Positions 31,939-42,041 of a stretch of 64,000 bases of DNA are shown here, piece by piece. Origin of the DNA: Aeromicrobium sp. (GTDB taxonomy: Bacteria > Actinomycetota > Actinomycetes > Propionibacteriales > Nocardioidaceae). The notes beneath the pieces were generated by a model. That model was not told where the DNA came from, searched no databases, and was given only the letters and a program-made list of their open reading frames with translations. The translations under genes and the position numbers were made by a program. Position 1 is the stretch's first letter, and the number at the start of each line of letters is the position of its first letter. Where the stretch lies: the NCBI RefSeq assembly GCF_037719875.1, contig NZ_JBBJMJ010000009.1:31869-95868 (forward strand). Direction: 5' to 3'.

Positions 31939-32985
31939 GTGAAGCCCACGATTCCCGGACGCCTGCACGCCCAGGGGCTCGTGCAGCCGCGGTTCGACTC
32001 GGCAGCCGAGGTCGTACGACACCTAGGTTGCATGCAGTCGCAGCTGCACGACATGGCGCTGTGGGCCGTGGCCCGACGTATGCGGGGCGCCACTCTCTCG
32101 AGCCTGCAGGAGGCGTTCGACCGTGGCGACTTCCTCCGCACGCACGTCCTCCGGCCGACGTGGCACCTGGTCGATCCCGCCGACATCCACTGGCTGCAGG
32201 CGCTGACAGCCCCACGGGTCGGCCGGCTGATGGCGTCCAGCAACACCGCGATCGGATTGTCTGAAGAACGCCTCGACCAAGGCTCCGCCGTGATCCTCGA
32301 CGTCCTGTCCGACGGAATGCCGCACCAGCGCGCCGAGCTGGCCTCGGCTCTCGGCGCGGCTGGGCTCGAGCACCAAGGGCAGGCTCTGGCCCACATCGTC
32401 ATGCATGCCGAGATCAACGCGCTCATCGCCAGCGGGCCGATGCAGGGCAAGCAGCACACCTACGTCGCGCTCCCGCCACAGCCCGTCGAGCTGACCCACG
32501 ACGAGCTGCTCGCGCAGGCGGCGCGCCGCTACGCCCGCGGCCACGGACCGTTCCGCGACAAGGACTTCGCGTGGTGGACCAGTCTCACACTGACCGACAG
32601 CCGTCGCGCGATCGAGCTCGCGGGTCTCCGACCGCTCGAGACCGGCGGAGTGGCCCACTGGATGCTGGACGATCCGGTCGTGATCGAGGCCCCTCGGGTC
32701 CTCCTGCTGTCCAACTTCGACGAATACATCTCCTATGCACGCGATCCCGAGGACTATGCCGGGTTCGACGGCACTGCCAACGACGTGATGCGGGGCAGCG
32801 GCCTGCTGATGATCGACGGCCGACTGTCGGGCACCTGGACCCGCACGATCACCGCCAAGACGGTCGACATCGTGGTCAGTCGGGCCCGCCAGCTCTCGGC
32901 CACCGTCCGGCGCCGGCTCGATGACGAGGCCGCCGCATTCGGGCGCTTCGTCGAGCGCGAACCGCGAGTCGTCATCGCAGACTGA
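31939..32985 (+). CDS. AlkZ/YcaQ (HTH_42) family DNA glycosylase
   Basis: MQSQ (QxQ), RTHVLRPTWHLV, DFAWW, LLSNFDEY. Confidence 0.8.
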   Translation: MKPTIPGRLHAQGLVQPRFDSAAEVVRHLGCMQSQLHDMALWAVARRMRGATLSSLQEAFDRGDFLRTHVLRPTWHLVDPADIHWLQALTAPRVGRLMASSNTAIGLSEERLDQGSAVILDVLSDGMPHQRAELASALGAAGLEHQGQALAHIVMHAEINALIASGPMQGKQHTYVALPPQPVELTHDELLAQAARRYARGHGPFRDKDFAWWTSLTLTDSRRAIELAGLRPLETGGVAHWMLDDPVVIEAPRVLLLSNFDEYISYARDPEDYAGFDGTANDVMRGSGLLMIDGRLSGTWTRTITAKTVDIVVSRARQLSATVRRRLDDEAAAFGRFVEREPRVVIAD

Positions 32986-33101
32986 TCTCGGCGCGAAGAT
33001 CGGGCCGAGCCTGCCTGCGCTCCGCTGGGGCGTCGCGTTAGGCTGTTGAACGTAGTTTTCGCATGAGCGCCAGCACACAATCGGAAGAGGCGATCGAGGC
33101 T

Positions 33102-36100
33102 GTGGCCGAGTCCTCCCCAGACCAGTCAACACCTGATTTCGGCACGAATCAGTGGCTCGTCGAAGAGATGTACGAGCGATTCCAACAAGACCCGGCCTCG
33201 CTCGACGACACCTGGGTGACATTCTTCAAGACCGGTGACGGCGCGGGTATGACTGGTGGTGCCGCGAACGGCACGACCGCCAACGGGACAAAGGCCACAT
33301 CGGCCGATCCCGCCGGGCAGGTCAAGCCCGCCGAACCCGTCGAACCGGACGAGGAGTCGGCCCCACCCGCGAAGACTGCCGCGCCAAGCCCTGCTCCGAC
33401 CGCTCCCTCATCGAAGACTCCCCCGGCCGCCAAGACCGAGCCCGCCACTGCAACACCCGCACAGAGCCAGGTCGCCGCACCGGTCCACGACGAACCCTCC
33501 GCGCCCGCGCCGCCAGCCAAGGACGCCCCCGCCAAGCCCGTCGCATCAGTGGTCACGCCCAGCGGCAAGCCCGCCGAAGCGCCCAAGAAGACCGAGCCCG
33601 GAGACGTCCAGAACGTCATCCTGCGCGGGGCCGCGGCGCGTACCGTCGCCAACATGGACGCCAGCCTGGCCGTCCCGACCGCCACGAGCGTCCGCGCAGT
33701 GCCGGTCAAGCTGCTGTTCGACAACCGCATCGTGATCAACAACCACCTCGCCCGCGCCCGAGGCGGCAAGGTGTCGTTCACCCACCTCATCGGCTGGGCG
33801 ATCGTCAAGGCGCTCAAGACCATGCCGGAGATGAACACCGGTTTCGAGGTCGTGAACGGCAAGCCCAACCAGCTCAAGCCCGAGCACATCAACTTCGGCC
33901 TCGCGATCGACCTCAAGAAGCCCGACGGCTCCCGTACGCTTCTCGTCCCGTCGATCAAGGCCGCCGAGACCCTCAGCTTCGCCGGCTTCTGGGCAGCCTA
34001 CGAGACGATGGTCAAGAAGGCCCGCGACGGCAAGCTGGAGGTCTCGGACTTCCAGGGCACGACAGTCAGCCTGACCAACCCCGGCGGAATAGGCACCAAT
34101 CACTCGATCCCTCGCCTCATGCAGGGGCAGGGCGTCATCGTCGGCGTCGGCTCGATGGAATATCCCCCGGAGTTCCAGGGCGCCAGCGAGCACACCCTGG
34201 CCCAGATGGCGATCTCCAAGATGATGACCCTGACGTCGACCTATGACCACCGGGTCATTCAGGGTGCTCAGTCCGGCGAGTTCCTCAAGAAGATCCACGC
34301 CCTGCTCCTTGGCGAGGAAAACTTCTACGACGAGATCTTCCGGGCCCTCAAGATTCCTTACGAGCCGATCCGCTGGGCCCAGGACATCGCGGTCAGCCAT
34401 GACGACGAGGTGCACAAGCAGGCCCGCGTCCTGGAGCTGATCCACGCGTTCCGCGTGCGCGGTCATCTGATGGCTGACACCAACCCCCTCGACAACCAGC
34501 CGCGCAGCCATGCCGACCTCGACACGGCATCGCACGGACTGACGCTGTGGGACCTCGATCGAGAGTTCGCCACCGGATCGTTCAAGACCGACAAGCGCTT
34601 CATGAAGCTGCGCGAGATCCTCGGCATCCTGCGTGATTCCTACGCCCGCACGATCGGCCTGGAGTACATGCACATCCAGGATCCGGGCGAGCGAGCGTGG
34701 TTCCAGGAGCGGATCGAGCGCCCGCACACCAAGCCGCCGCGCGAGGAACAGCTGCGCATCCTGCAGAAGCTTAACCAGGCCGAGGCCTTCGAGACCTTCC
34801 TCCAGACCAAGTTCGTCGGTCAGAAGCGCTTCAGCCTCGAGGGCGGCGAGACCACGGTCCCCGTGCTCGACGAGATCTGCGAGGCAGCTGCCGCCGACGG
34901 ACTCGACGAGGTCACGATCGGCATGGCCCACAGGGGACGGCTCAACGTCTTGGTCAACATCGCCGGCAAGCACGCCAGCTCGGTCTTTCGCGAGTTCGAG
35001 GGCAACATCGATCCCCGCACCGTCCAGGGATCGGGTGACGTCAAGTACCACCTCGGTGTCGAGGGTGAGTTCTCCTCCGGCAACGGCGACACGATCAAGG
35101 TCTCGGTTGCGGCCAACCCGTCGCACCTAGAGGTCGTCGATCCGGTGTTGGAGGGCATCGCCCGCGCCAAGCAGGACCGCCTCAACCGGGGCGCGGACTA
35201 CCCCGTCCTCCCCGTGCTCGTGCACGGGGACGCCGCCTTCGCCGGTCAGGGTGTCGTCGCAGAGACGCTCAACCTCTCCCAGCTGCGTGGCTACCGCACC
35301 GGTGGCACGATCCACCTGATCGTCAACAACCAGGTCGGCTTCACGACCTCGCCGTCGTCATCGCGTTCGTCGACCTACTGCACCGACGTCGCCCGGATGA
35401 TCCAGGCACCGGTGTTCCACGTCAACGGTGACGATCCTGAGGCGTGCATCCGCGTCGCGCACCTGGCCTACGAATATCGCCGGACGTTCCACAAGGACAT
35501 CGTCATCGACCTCGTGTGCTACCGCCGACGCGGCCACAACGAAGGCGACGACCCGAGCTTCACCCAGCCGCTGATGTACGACACGATCGAGAAGAAGAAG
35601 TCGGTGCGCAAGCTCTACACCGAGGCCCTCGTCGGTCGAGGCGACATCACGCTCGAAGAGGCCGAAGCGGCACTCAGCGACTACCAGGCGCAGCTCGAAC
35701 GCAACTTCAAGGAGGTCAAGGAGGCCGCCACAGATCCCGGCTACTCGCGGACCCCGGACTACCCGGACAAGCCCGAGCGCGCCGGCGAGCTCGTCACGGC
35801 CGTCACGCCCGAGACGCTCAAGTCCATCGCGGACTCCTACACCAACGTCCCCGAGGGCTTCACGGTCCACCCCAAGGTGCTGCCCCAGCTGCAGCGCCGC
35901 GCAGCATCCATCACGGCCGGCCCGATCGACTGGGGCACGGGCGAGATCATCGCGATGGGATCGCTGCTCCTCGACGGACGACCCGTCCGGATCTCTGGCC
36001 AGGACACCCGCCGCGGCACCTTCGCGTCGCGCTTCGCAACGATCATCGATCGGGTCAACGCCAACGAGTGGACGCCGCTCGCCAACATCGGTGACGAGCA

Positions 36101-36950
36101 GGCCACGTTCTACGTCTATGACTCCCTGCTCAGCGAGTATGCCGCGCTGGGCTTCGAGTACGGCTACTCCGTGGCGCGCCCCGAAGCCCTCACGATCTGG
36201 GAGGCGCAGTTCGGCGACTTCATCAACGGCGCCCAGTCGGTCATCGACGAGTACATCTCCTCGGGTGAGACCAAATGGGGCCAGAAGTCCGGCGTCGTGC
36301 TGCTGCTGCCGCACGGCCACGAGGGCCAGGGCCCCGATCACACCTCGGCCCGCATCGAGCGCTTCCTCGAGCAGTGTGCGGACAACGCCATGACGCTCGC
36401 GCAGCCGTCGACCCCCGCGTCCTACTTCCACCTGCTGCGCCGTCAGAACCTTGAGAGCCAGCACCGTCCGCTGATCGTCTTCACGCCGAAGTCGATGCTG
36501 CGGAGCAAGGCCGCCGCCTCGCAGCCCGAAGACTTCACGTCCGGCAAGTTCCGCCCGGTGATCGGCGACGACTCGGTCGATGCCAAGTCGGTCGAGCGGG
36601 TCCTGGTGTGCTCGGGCAAGATCGCCTGGGACCTGTTCGCCGAGCGCGAGAAGCGCGAGTCCGGTGAGTCACGCACCGCCATCATCCGCCTGGAACAGCT
36701 ATACCCGCGGCCCACGTCCGAGCTCAACGCCGAGGTCGGCAAGTTCATCAACGCCAAAGAGGTTCGCTGGGTGCAGGACGAGCCGGCCAACCAGGGACCG
36801 TGGCCGCACGTGGCGCTGCACTTCAGCGGCGAGTTCGGCGGTCTCCCGCTGCTGCGGGTCTCACGTCCGGAGTCGTCGGCGCCGTCGGTCGGCTCGCACG
36901 CCCGTCACGTCCAGGAGCAGGCGACGCTGATGCAGCAGGCCTTCAGCTGA
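33102..36950 (+). CDS. kgd: Multifunctional 2-oxoglutarate decarboxylase/dehydrogenase (E2-E1 fusion)
   Basis: FGTNQWLVEEMY, YDHRVIQG, GMAHRGRLN, HGDAAF, WEAQFGDF. Confidence 0.97.
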   Translation: MAESSPDQSTPDFGTNQWLVEEMYERFQQDPASLDDTWVTFFKTGDGAGMTGGAANGTTANGTKATSADPAGQVKPAEPVEPDEESAPPAKTAAPSPAPTAPSSKTPPAAKTEPATATPAQSQVAAPVHDEPSAPAPPAKDAPAKPVASVVTPSGKPAEAPKKTEPGDVQNVILRGAAARTVANMDASLAVPTATSVRAVPVKLLFDNRIVINNHLARARGGKVSFTHLIGWAIVKALKTMPEMNTGFEVVNGKPNQLKPEHINFGLAIDLKKPDGSRTLLVPSIKAAETLSFAGFWAAYETMVKKARDGKLEVSDFQGTTVSLTNPGGIGTNHSIPRLMQGQGVIVGVGSMEYPPEFQGASEHTLAQMAISKMMTLTSTYDHRVIQGAQSGEFLKKIHALLLGEENFYDEIFRALKIPYEPIRWAQDIAVSHDDEVHKQARVLELIHAFRVRGHLMADTNPLDNQPRSHADLDTASHGLTLWDLDREFATGSFKTDKRFMKLREILGILRDSYARTIGLEYMHIQDPGERAWFQERIERPHTKPPREEQLRILQKLNQAEAFETFLQTKFVGQKRFSLEGGETTVPVLDEICEAAAADGLDEVTIGMAHRGRLNVLVNIAGKHASSVFREFEGNIDPRTVQGSGDVKYHLGVEGEFSSGNGDTIKVSVAANPSHLEVVDPVLEGIARAKQDRLNRGADYPVLPVLVHGDAAFAGQGVVAETLNLSQLRGYRTGGTIHLIVNNQVGFTTSPSSSRSSTYCTDVARMIQAPVFHVNGDDPEACIRVAHLAYEYRRTFHKDIVIDLVCYRRRGHNEGDDPSFTQPLMYDTIEKKKSVRKLYTEALVGRGDITLEEAEAALSDYQAQLERNFKEVKEAATDPGYSRTPDYPDKPERAGELVTAVTPETLKSIADSYTNVPEGFTVHPKVLPQLQRRAASITAGPIDWGTGEIIAMGSLLLDGRPVRISGQDTRRGTFASRFATIIDRVNANEWTPLANIGDEQATFYVYDSLLSEYAALGFEYGYSVARPEALTIWEAQFGDFINGAQSVIDEYISSGETKWGQKSGVVLLLPHGHEGQGPDHTSARIERFLEQCADNAMTLAQPSTPASYFHLLRRQNLESQHRPLIVFTPKSMLRSKAAASQPEDFTSGKFRPVIGDDSVDAKSVERVLVCSGKIAWDLFAEREKRESGESRTAIIRLEQLYPRPTSELNAEVGKFINAKEVRWVQDEPANQGPWPHVALHFSGEFGGLPLLRVSRPESSAPSVGSHARHVQEQATLMQQAFS

Positions 36951-36981
36951 TCGACGCTTCGCCGGGGTCAGGAGGGACCTG

Positions 36982-37158
36982 ATGTACTTCACGGATCGCG
37001 GGATCGAGGAGCTTCAGACCCGTCGTGGGGATGAGGAGGTCACGCTGGCCTGGCTGGCCGAGCGGCTCAGCGAGTTCGTCGATCTCAACCCTGAGTTCGA
37101 GGTCCCGGTCGAACGCCTGGCAACCTGGCTGGCGCGCCTGGACGACGATGATGAGTGA
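36982..37158 (+). CDS. 58-aa conserved small protein (DUF6104-like), missing from the ORF track
   Basis: RBS AGGAGG; MYFTDRGIEELQTRRGDEEVTLAWLAERLSEFVDLNPEFEVPVERLATWLARLDDDDE. Confidence 0.85.
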   Translation: MYFTDRGIEELQTRRGDEEVTLAWLAERLSEFVDLNPEFEVPVERLATWLARLDDDDE

Positions 37159-37241
37159 GAACCAACGAGCTCTGCGAGCGAGCGTCTCAGCAGGTTGAGC
37201 CGAAGCGCCGTGAAGCGGCCCGCTCATCGAGACCCGCAAGG

Positions 37242-38210
37242 CTAGAGCGTCAGGACGATCTTGCCGAAGACGCTGCCGTCGATGACCGAGGCGAGACCGC
37301 TTGCGGCCTCAGCCATGGGGATCTCCCGGTCGATCAGCGGGCGAGTCCCTGTGACATCCATGAACTGGGCGAGACCGTGAAGCTCGTCCCGGGTGCCCAT
37401 CGTCGAGCCGTGCACCCGCATCTGCTGGAAGAAGATCCGGGTCAGCTCGGCGTGGGTCGGGGCGTCACCCGAGGTCGCGCCGGCGATGACGATCGTGCCG
37501 CCGGGCCTCATCGACTTGACCGAGTGCGACCACGTGGCCGCGCCGACGGTCTCGATGACCGCGTCGACCTTGGTGGGCAGGCGAGCGCCGGCCTCGAAGG
37601 CCTGATGGGCGCCGATCTCGACCGCCTTGGCTCGCTTGTCCTCGTCGCGGCTCGTCGCATAGACCCGGAATCCCGCGGCGCGGGCCAGCGTGATTGCGGC
37701 AGTCGCGACACCGCCACCCGCACCCTGCACCAGGACCGTGTCGCCCTGCTTGAGCCCGGACTGGGTGAACAGCATCCGATAGGCCGTCAGCCAGGCCGTG
37801 GGCAGGCAGGCCGCCTCCGCGAAGGACATACCGGCCGGCTTGGCCACGACGTTGCGGGTCGGGACCGTGACCTTCTCTGCGAAGGTGCCCTGGTGACGCT
37901 CCGACAGCAGGGAGCGCTTGGGATCGAGGGTCTCGTCGCCGCGCCACGACGGATCGCTGATGACGGCGTGCACCAGCACCTCGTTGCCGTCCTCATCCAA
38001 TCCGGCGGCATCACAGCCCAGGATCATCGGGAGAGACTCCTCGCGCAACCCGACTCCCCGGAGTGACCAGACGTCGTGGTGATTGATCGACGCAGCCTTA
38101 ACCGTCACTGTCGTCCACCCGTCAGGCACCTGGGGGTCGGGGCGCTCGCCGACAACCAGACCGCTCAACGGATCCTTCGGATCGATCGTTCCTGCATAGA
38201 CGGCGAACAT
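37242..38210 (-). CDS. Zinc-binding dehydrogenase / quinone oxidoreductase family
   Basis: ASINHHD, ILGCDAAG, QGAGGGV, GKIVL. Confidence 0.9.
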   Translation of the reverse strand: MFAVYAGTIDPKDPLSGLVVGERPDPQVPDGWTTVTVKAASINHHDVWSLRGVGLREESLPMILGCDAAGLDEDGNEVLVHAVISDPSWRGDETLDPKRSLLSERHQGTFAEKVTVPTRNVVAKPAGMSFAEAACLPTAWLTAYRMLFTQSGLKQGDTVLVQGAGGGVATAAITLARAAGFRVYATSRDEDKRAKAVEIGAHQAFEAGARLPTKVDAVIETVGAATWSHSVKSMRPGGTIVIAGATSGDAPTHAELTRIFFQQMRVHGSTMGTRDELHGLAQFMDVTGTRPLIDREIPMAEAASGLASVIDGSVFGKIVLTL

Positions 38211-38233
38211 GCGACTCCTTGTGGAGGGTTGGG

Positions 38234-39433
38234 TCAGTACGGGCGGCGGGCCAGGCCCTCGCGACGCGCCGTGTCGGTGACGGCGCGCGCGACTGCCGAG
38301 GCGACCCGGGGGTCGAATGGCGACGGGATGACATACGTCTCGCTGAGATCGTCGCCAACCAGATCAGCGATCGCGTTGGCAGCCGCGAGCTTCATGCCCT
38401 CGGAGATCCGGGTGGCGCGCACGTCGAGGGCTCCTCGGAATATGCCCGGGAAAACGAGGACATTGTTGATCTGGTTGGGGAAGTCCGAGCGACCGGTCGC
38501 GACGATGCGCGCATGCCGGCGCGCGATGTCGGGATGTACCTCGGGATGCGGGTTGGCCATGGCGAAGACGACGGAGTCCGGAGCCATCGAGGCGACTGCG
38601 ACCTCGGGGATCGTGCCACCGGAGACACCGATGAGCACGTCCGCCCCATCGAGCGCGTCGTTGATCGAGCCCGCCGTTGCCCACGGAGCCGTGGCTTCGG
38701 CGATCCCGGACTTGACCGCGTCGAGCCCCGGACGGCCGGGGTGGATGACTCCCGTGCGGTCGACCACGGCGATCTTGCGGACGCCGGCGGACTGCAGCAT
38801 CTTCATGATCGCAACGCCGGCTGCCCCGGCGCCGGAGATCACGACCTTGAGGTCATACATCTCGCGCTCGGTGAGCCGAGCGGCGTTGATCAGCGCTGCG
38901 AGCGTCACGACAGCGGTGCCGTGCTGGTCGTCGTGGAAGACCGGGATCTCGAGGCGCTCAATCAACCGGCGCTCGATCTCAAAGCAGCGTGGGCTGGAGA
39001 TGTCCTCGAGGTTGATCCCGCCGAAGGTCGGCGCGAGGCGCACGATCGTCTCGACGATCTCATCGACATCTGTCGTGTCGAGCGCAACCGGGATGGCATC
39101 AACGCCACCGAACTGCTTGAACAGCACGGCTTTGCCCTCCATGACCGGCATCGAGGCGGCGGGACCGATGTCGCCGAGTCCAAGCACCGCGGTGCCGTCG
39201 GTGATGACCGCGACGGTGTTGGAGACCCACGTGTATTCGTGGGCCAGGGCCGGATCGGCGGCGATCGCCTCACACACCCTGGCCACGCCCGGGGTGTAGG
39301 ACATCGCAAGATCCTGCGCGTTGCGAAGAGGGACTGTGGCCGAGATCTCCATCTTCCCGCCGCGATGCAGTGCGAAAATCGGGTCGCTCGGGTCGGGCGT
39401 GTCGGAGTGCACGTTGATGTCTGTCGCAACCAT
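38234..39433 (-). CDS. NAD(P)-dependent malic enzyme
   Basis: [36 protein letters not shown]. Confidence 0.93.
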   Translation of the reverse strand: MVATDINVHSDTPDPSDPIFALHRGGKMEISATVPLRNAQDLAMSYTPGVARVCEAIAADPALAHEYTWVSNTVAVITDGTAVLGLGDIGPAASMPVMEGKAVLFKQFGGVDAIPVALDTTDVDEIVETIVRLAPTFGGINLEDISSPRCFEIERRLIERLEIPVFHDDQHGTAVVTLAALINAARLTEREMYDLKVVISGAGAAGVAIMKMLQSAGVRKIAVVDRTGVIHPGRPGLDAVKSGIAEATAPWATAGSINDALDGADVLIGVSGGTIPEVAVASMAPDSVVFAMANPHPEVHPDIARRHARIVATGRSDFPNQINNVLVFPGIFRGALDVRATRISEGMKLAAANAIADLVGDDLSETYVIPSPFDPRVASAVARAVTDTARREGLARRPY

Positions 39434-39561
39434 GTTGGAGATTCCTCGGGACGTTTCCGTGAGTTCGTCGTCGGGACCGATCAGGTCGCCGGTGCAGCCA
39501 GAGGCCGCAAACTGCATCCGTTGAGCAGGATCCAGACGGGTTGTGCCCGGATGTCAGTCTC

Positions 39562-39957
39562 TCACACGGGATCTGGCGGACTGAGCGCCCGGGTGACGGG
39601 CGGTGCCAGCAGGCACACCAGGGTGACGACCGCAGAAGCGCCAACCAGTCCGGTGATCCAGAGCGGTACGTCCGCGAGGTTGAACGCGATGATGAGCTGG
39701 ATGATCTGGGTGACCACCAAAGGGCTGCGCGCCCAGTAATCGCCCTCTGTGACGCGCCACACCGCCCAAGCCTGGAAGACGCCGTAGACCGCGAGGATCA
39801 GCGCCACCCCGATGCCCACTCCGGCCCGATCCCGAGTCAGGTCGATGGCGCCCAGCGCGGCCAGGACCAGGCAGGTCAGTGCCTCTGCAAACACGATCAC
39901 GGTGGCCACGATCAGCAGGGTTCGGGCCGTTCCTGCCGGCCGTCCGGGAGACGTCAC
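39562..39957 (-). CDS. 4-TM membrane protein divergent from whiB1
   Basis: Hydrophobic, WARSPLVVTQIIQL; leaderless TACGCT-6nt-GTG. Confidence 0.75.
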   Translation of the reverse strand: MTSPGRPAGTARTLLIVATVIVFAEALTCLVLAALGAIDLTRDRAGVGIGVALILAVYGVFQAWAVWRVTEGDYWARSPLVVTQIIQLIIAFNLADVPLWITGLVGASAVVTLVCLLAPPVTRALSPPDPV

Positions 39958-39976
39958 GGCGTCAGCGTACGAAACG

Positions 39977-39992
39977 TGTGACTCATCCGACA
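39977..39992. promoter_or_regulatory. CRP-like site upstream of whiB1
   Basis: TGTGA-CTCATC-CGACA; whiB1 is CRP-regulated in mycobacteria. Confidence 0.5.
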
Positions 39993-40112
39993 ATTCGCGC
40001 GACGCGTTGCCCTTGTAAAGCGGTTGAAATGTTGAAAACATGGAGGTCAAGCCTTGGAACGGGTCAAACAGGCCTGCCCAAGGCGCAACACCGAACGGGA
40101 AGGAGTGTCCCC

Positions 40113-40364
40113 ATGGATTGGCGTCATCGTTCAGCATGCCTAGATGAGGACCCTGAGCTCTTCTTCCCCATCGGCAACACGGGTCCTGCCATCTTGCAGA
40201 TCGAAGAGGCCAAGGTCGTATGCCGCCGCTGTGATGTCCGCGAGCAGTGCCTGCAATGGGCGCTCGAGTCCGGGCAGGATCACGGTGTGTGGGGAGGCTT
40301 GAGCGAAGACGAACGTCGTACGCTGAAGCGCCGCAACGCTCGGGCACGTATTCGTACTGCCTGA
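40113..40364 (+). CDS. whiB1: WhiB1/WblE Fe-S transcription regulator
   Basis: MDWRHRSACLDEDPELFFPIGNTGPA, CRRC, GVWGG; RBS AAGGAG. Confidence 0.95.
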   Translation: MDWRHRSACLDEDPELFFPIGNTGPAILQIEEAKVVCRRCDVREQCLQWALESGQDHGVWGGLSEDERRTLKRRNARARIRTA

Positions 40365-40381
40365 CGTACGCACGTATCGGT

Positions 40382-40412
40382 GAACCCCGTGGCCTCGGCC
40401 GCGGGGTTCTTT
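40382..40412 (+). terminator. whiB1 terminator
   Basis: GAACCCCGTGGC/GCCGCGGGGTTC + TTT. Confidence 0.75.
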
Positions 40413-40426
40413 GCATCCCTCGGCGG

Positions 40427-40538
40427 CGGTTTACCACGGTCCCTACGCAAGCCGTTCATCTCCTCTTGGCAAGCGTCGTCCGCCCGAGGACAATCTCCCC
40501 CGGGCGGACGGCGTTTGCGTAGGGACCGTGGTAAACCG
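40427..40538. repeat. 112-bp element with perfect 24-bp terminal inverted repeats (MITE/REPIN-like)
   Basis: CGGTTTACCACGGTCCCTACGCAA / TTGCGTAGGGACCGTGGTAAACCG. Confidence 0.75.
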
Positions 40539-40547
40539 TGCGGGGGG

Positions 40548-42002
40548 TTAGAGGTTGAGGGAGATGGCGACGGTGGTGCCGCCGCCGGCGCGCTGCTCGA
40601 AGGCGAGCGAGCCGTGCAGCTCTCCCTCGACGAGCGTCGTGACGATCGACAGGCCGAGGCTGCCTGACGGATCGAAGTCCGCCGGCAGGCCTGCCCCATC
40701 GTCGCTGACCCGCAGGCGAACCCGGTCACGGATGCGATTGACCGCCAGCGTCAACGTGCCGCCACGCTCGTCGAAGGCGTGGGTCGACGCATTCTGGATC
40801 AGCTCGGTCAACACCATCGCGAGCGGCGTGGCGACCGCCCCGGGCAGCAGACCGAACGAGCCGATCCGGTCCACCTGGACACGTCCGGTGCCGGAGGTCT
40901 CCTCGGCGACATCGAGCACCGTTCGGAGCAACCGATCGGCGATCTCGTCGAAGGCCACGTTGTCATCGAATGACTGGCTCAGCGTCTCGTGCACCAGCGC
41001 GATCGAGCCGACCCGGCGCACGGCGTCGTCGAGTGCAGCACGCGCCTCGGGCAGCTCCATCCGGCGGCCCTGCAGTCGCAGGAGGGCGGCAACGGTCTGC
41101 AGGTTGTTCTTGACCCGGTGGTGGATCTCGCGGATCGTCGCCTCCTTGGAGACGAGCTCACGCTCGCGGAGCCGCAGCTCGGTGACGTCCCGCAAGAGGA
41201 TCAGCGATCCGCTGCGCTGCCCGCGGGACCGTAGCGGAATGACGCGCAGCAACAAGGAGGCGGCGGCGTTCTCGATCTCCGCCTCCGTGCTGGCGTCCCC
41301 GCCCAGCATCCCCCTGGCGCCGCGATCGGTCGGGCGGCGATCAACCAGCCTCGTCGTGACGTGGCCCAGCTGCGTGCCGACCAGATCGCCGACGAGGCCC
41401 AAGCGGCGGTATGCCGACATGGCGTTGGGACTGGCATAGAGCACCGTGCCGGCAGCGTCCGTACGCACGAAGCCGTCACCGACGCGCAACGAGTCAGCGA
41501 GGTCGGACCGGCTGCCCGGAAGCGGGAAGTCGCCGCGGCGGATCATCTCCGCCAGCTCGCCGGCGGCCCGGAAGTAGGACGCTTCGAGCAGGCTCGCGGT
41601 ACGAAGCCCCGACTCGGCGCTGCGCCGCGACACCACGGCGATGACACGCCCCTCGCGGGTGACGGGGATGGTCTCGACCAGGATGCGCCTGCCGTCGGCG
41701 AGCTCCTCGGACTGCTCAACGCCGATCTCGCCGGTCACGAGGGCTTCTTCGAGCTGATCGATCCGGCCGGCCGGGAGGAAGGTGCCGGCGACATCCTCGA
41801 GCAGTGTGGTCGGCCCCGTGGTCGGGCGGATCTGCGCGCCGGCCCACATCCCCTTGGCCTCGGCGTCCGGAACCCACAGCACGAGATCGGCGAACGACAG
41901 GTCCGCGATGATCTGCCAGTCGGTCACGAGCGCGTGCAGCCAGCCGACGTCGTCGGAGCTCAACGACGTCTGGAAACGGGTGATGTCGTCCAGCGAGGGC
42001 AC
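40548..42002 (-). CDS. pdtaS: PdtaS-type cytoplasmic sensor kinase
   Basis: WQIIADLSFADLVLW, EIHHRVKNNLQ, DDGAGLP, GLSIV; adjacent to whiB1. Confidence 0.9.
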   Translation of the reverse strand: MPSLDDITRFQTSLSSDDVGWLHALVTDWQIIADLSFADLVLWVPDAEAKGMWAGAQIRPTTGPTTLLEDVAGTFLPAGRIDQLEEALVTGEIGVEQSEELADGRRILVETIPVTREGRVIAVVSRRSAESGLRTASLLEASYFRAAGELAEMIRRGDFPLPGSRSDLADSLRVGDGFVRTDAAGTVLYASPNAMSAYRRLGLVGDLVGTQLGHVTTRLVDRRPTDRGARGMLGGDASTEAEIENAAASLLLRVIPLRSRGQRSGSLILLRDVTELRLRERELVSKEATIREIHHRVKNNLQTVAALLRLQGRRMELPEARAALDDAVRRVGSIALVHETLSQSFDDNVAFDEIADRLLRTVLDVAEETSGTGRVQVDRIGSFGLLPGAVATPLAMVLTELIQNASTHAFDERGGTLTLAVNRIRDRVRLRVSDDGAGLPADFDPSGSLGLSIVTTLVEGELHGSLAFEQRAGGGTTVAISLNL

Positions 42003-42041
42003 CCGGCCAGAGTAGTGCGCAGGCCGTGGCACGATGGTTGA

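Noticed and set aside
27100-33000. Prophage/ICE integrated at tRNA-Arg
   Set aside because: tRNA 3' end copies are only local tandem units; no integrase and no distant att copy seen
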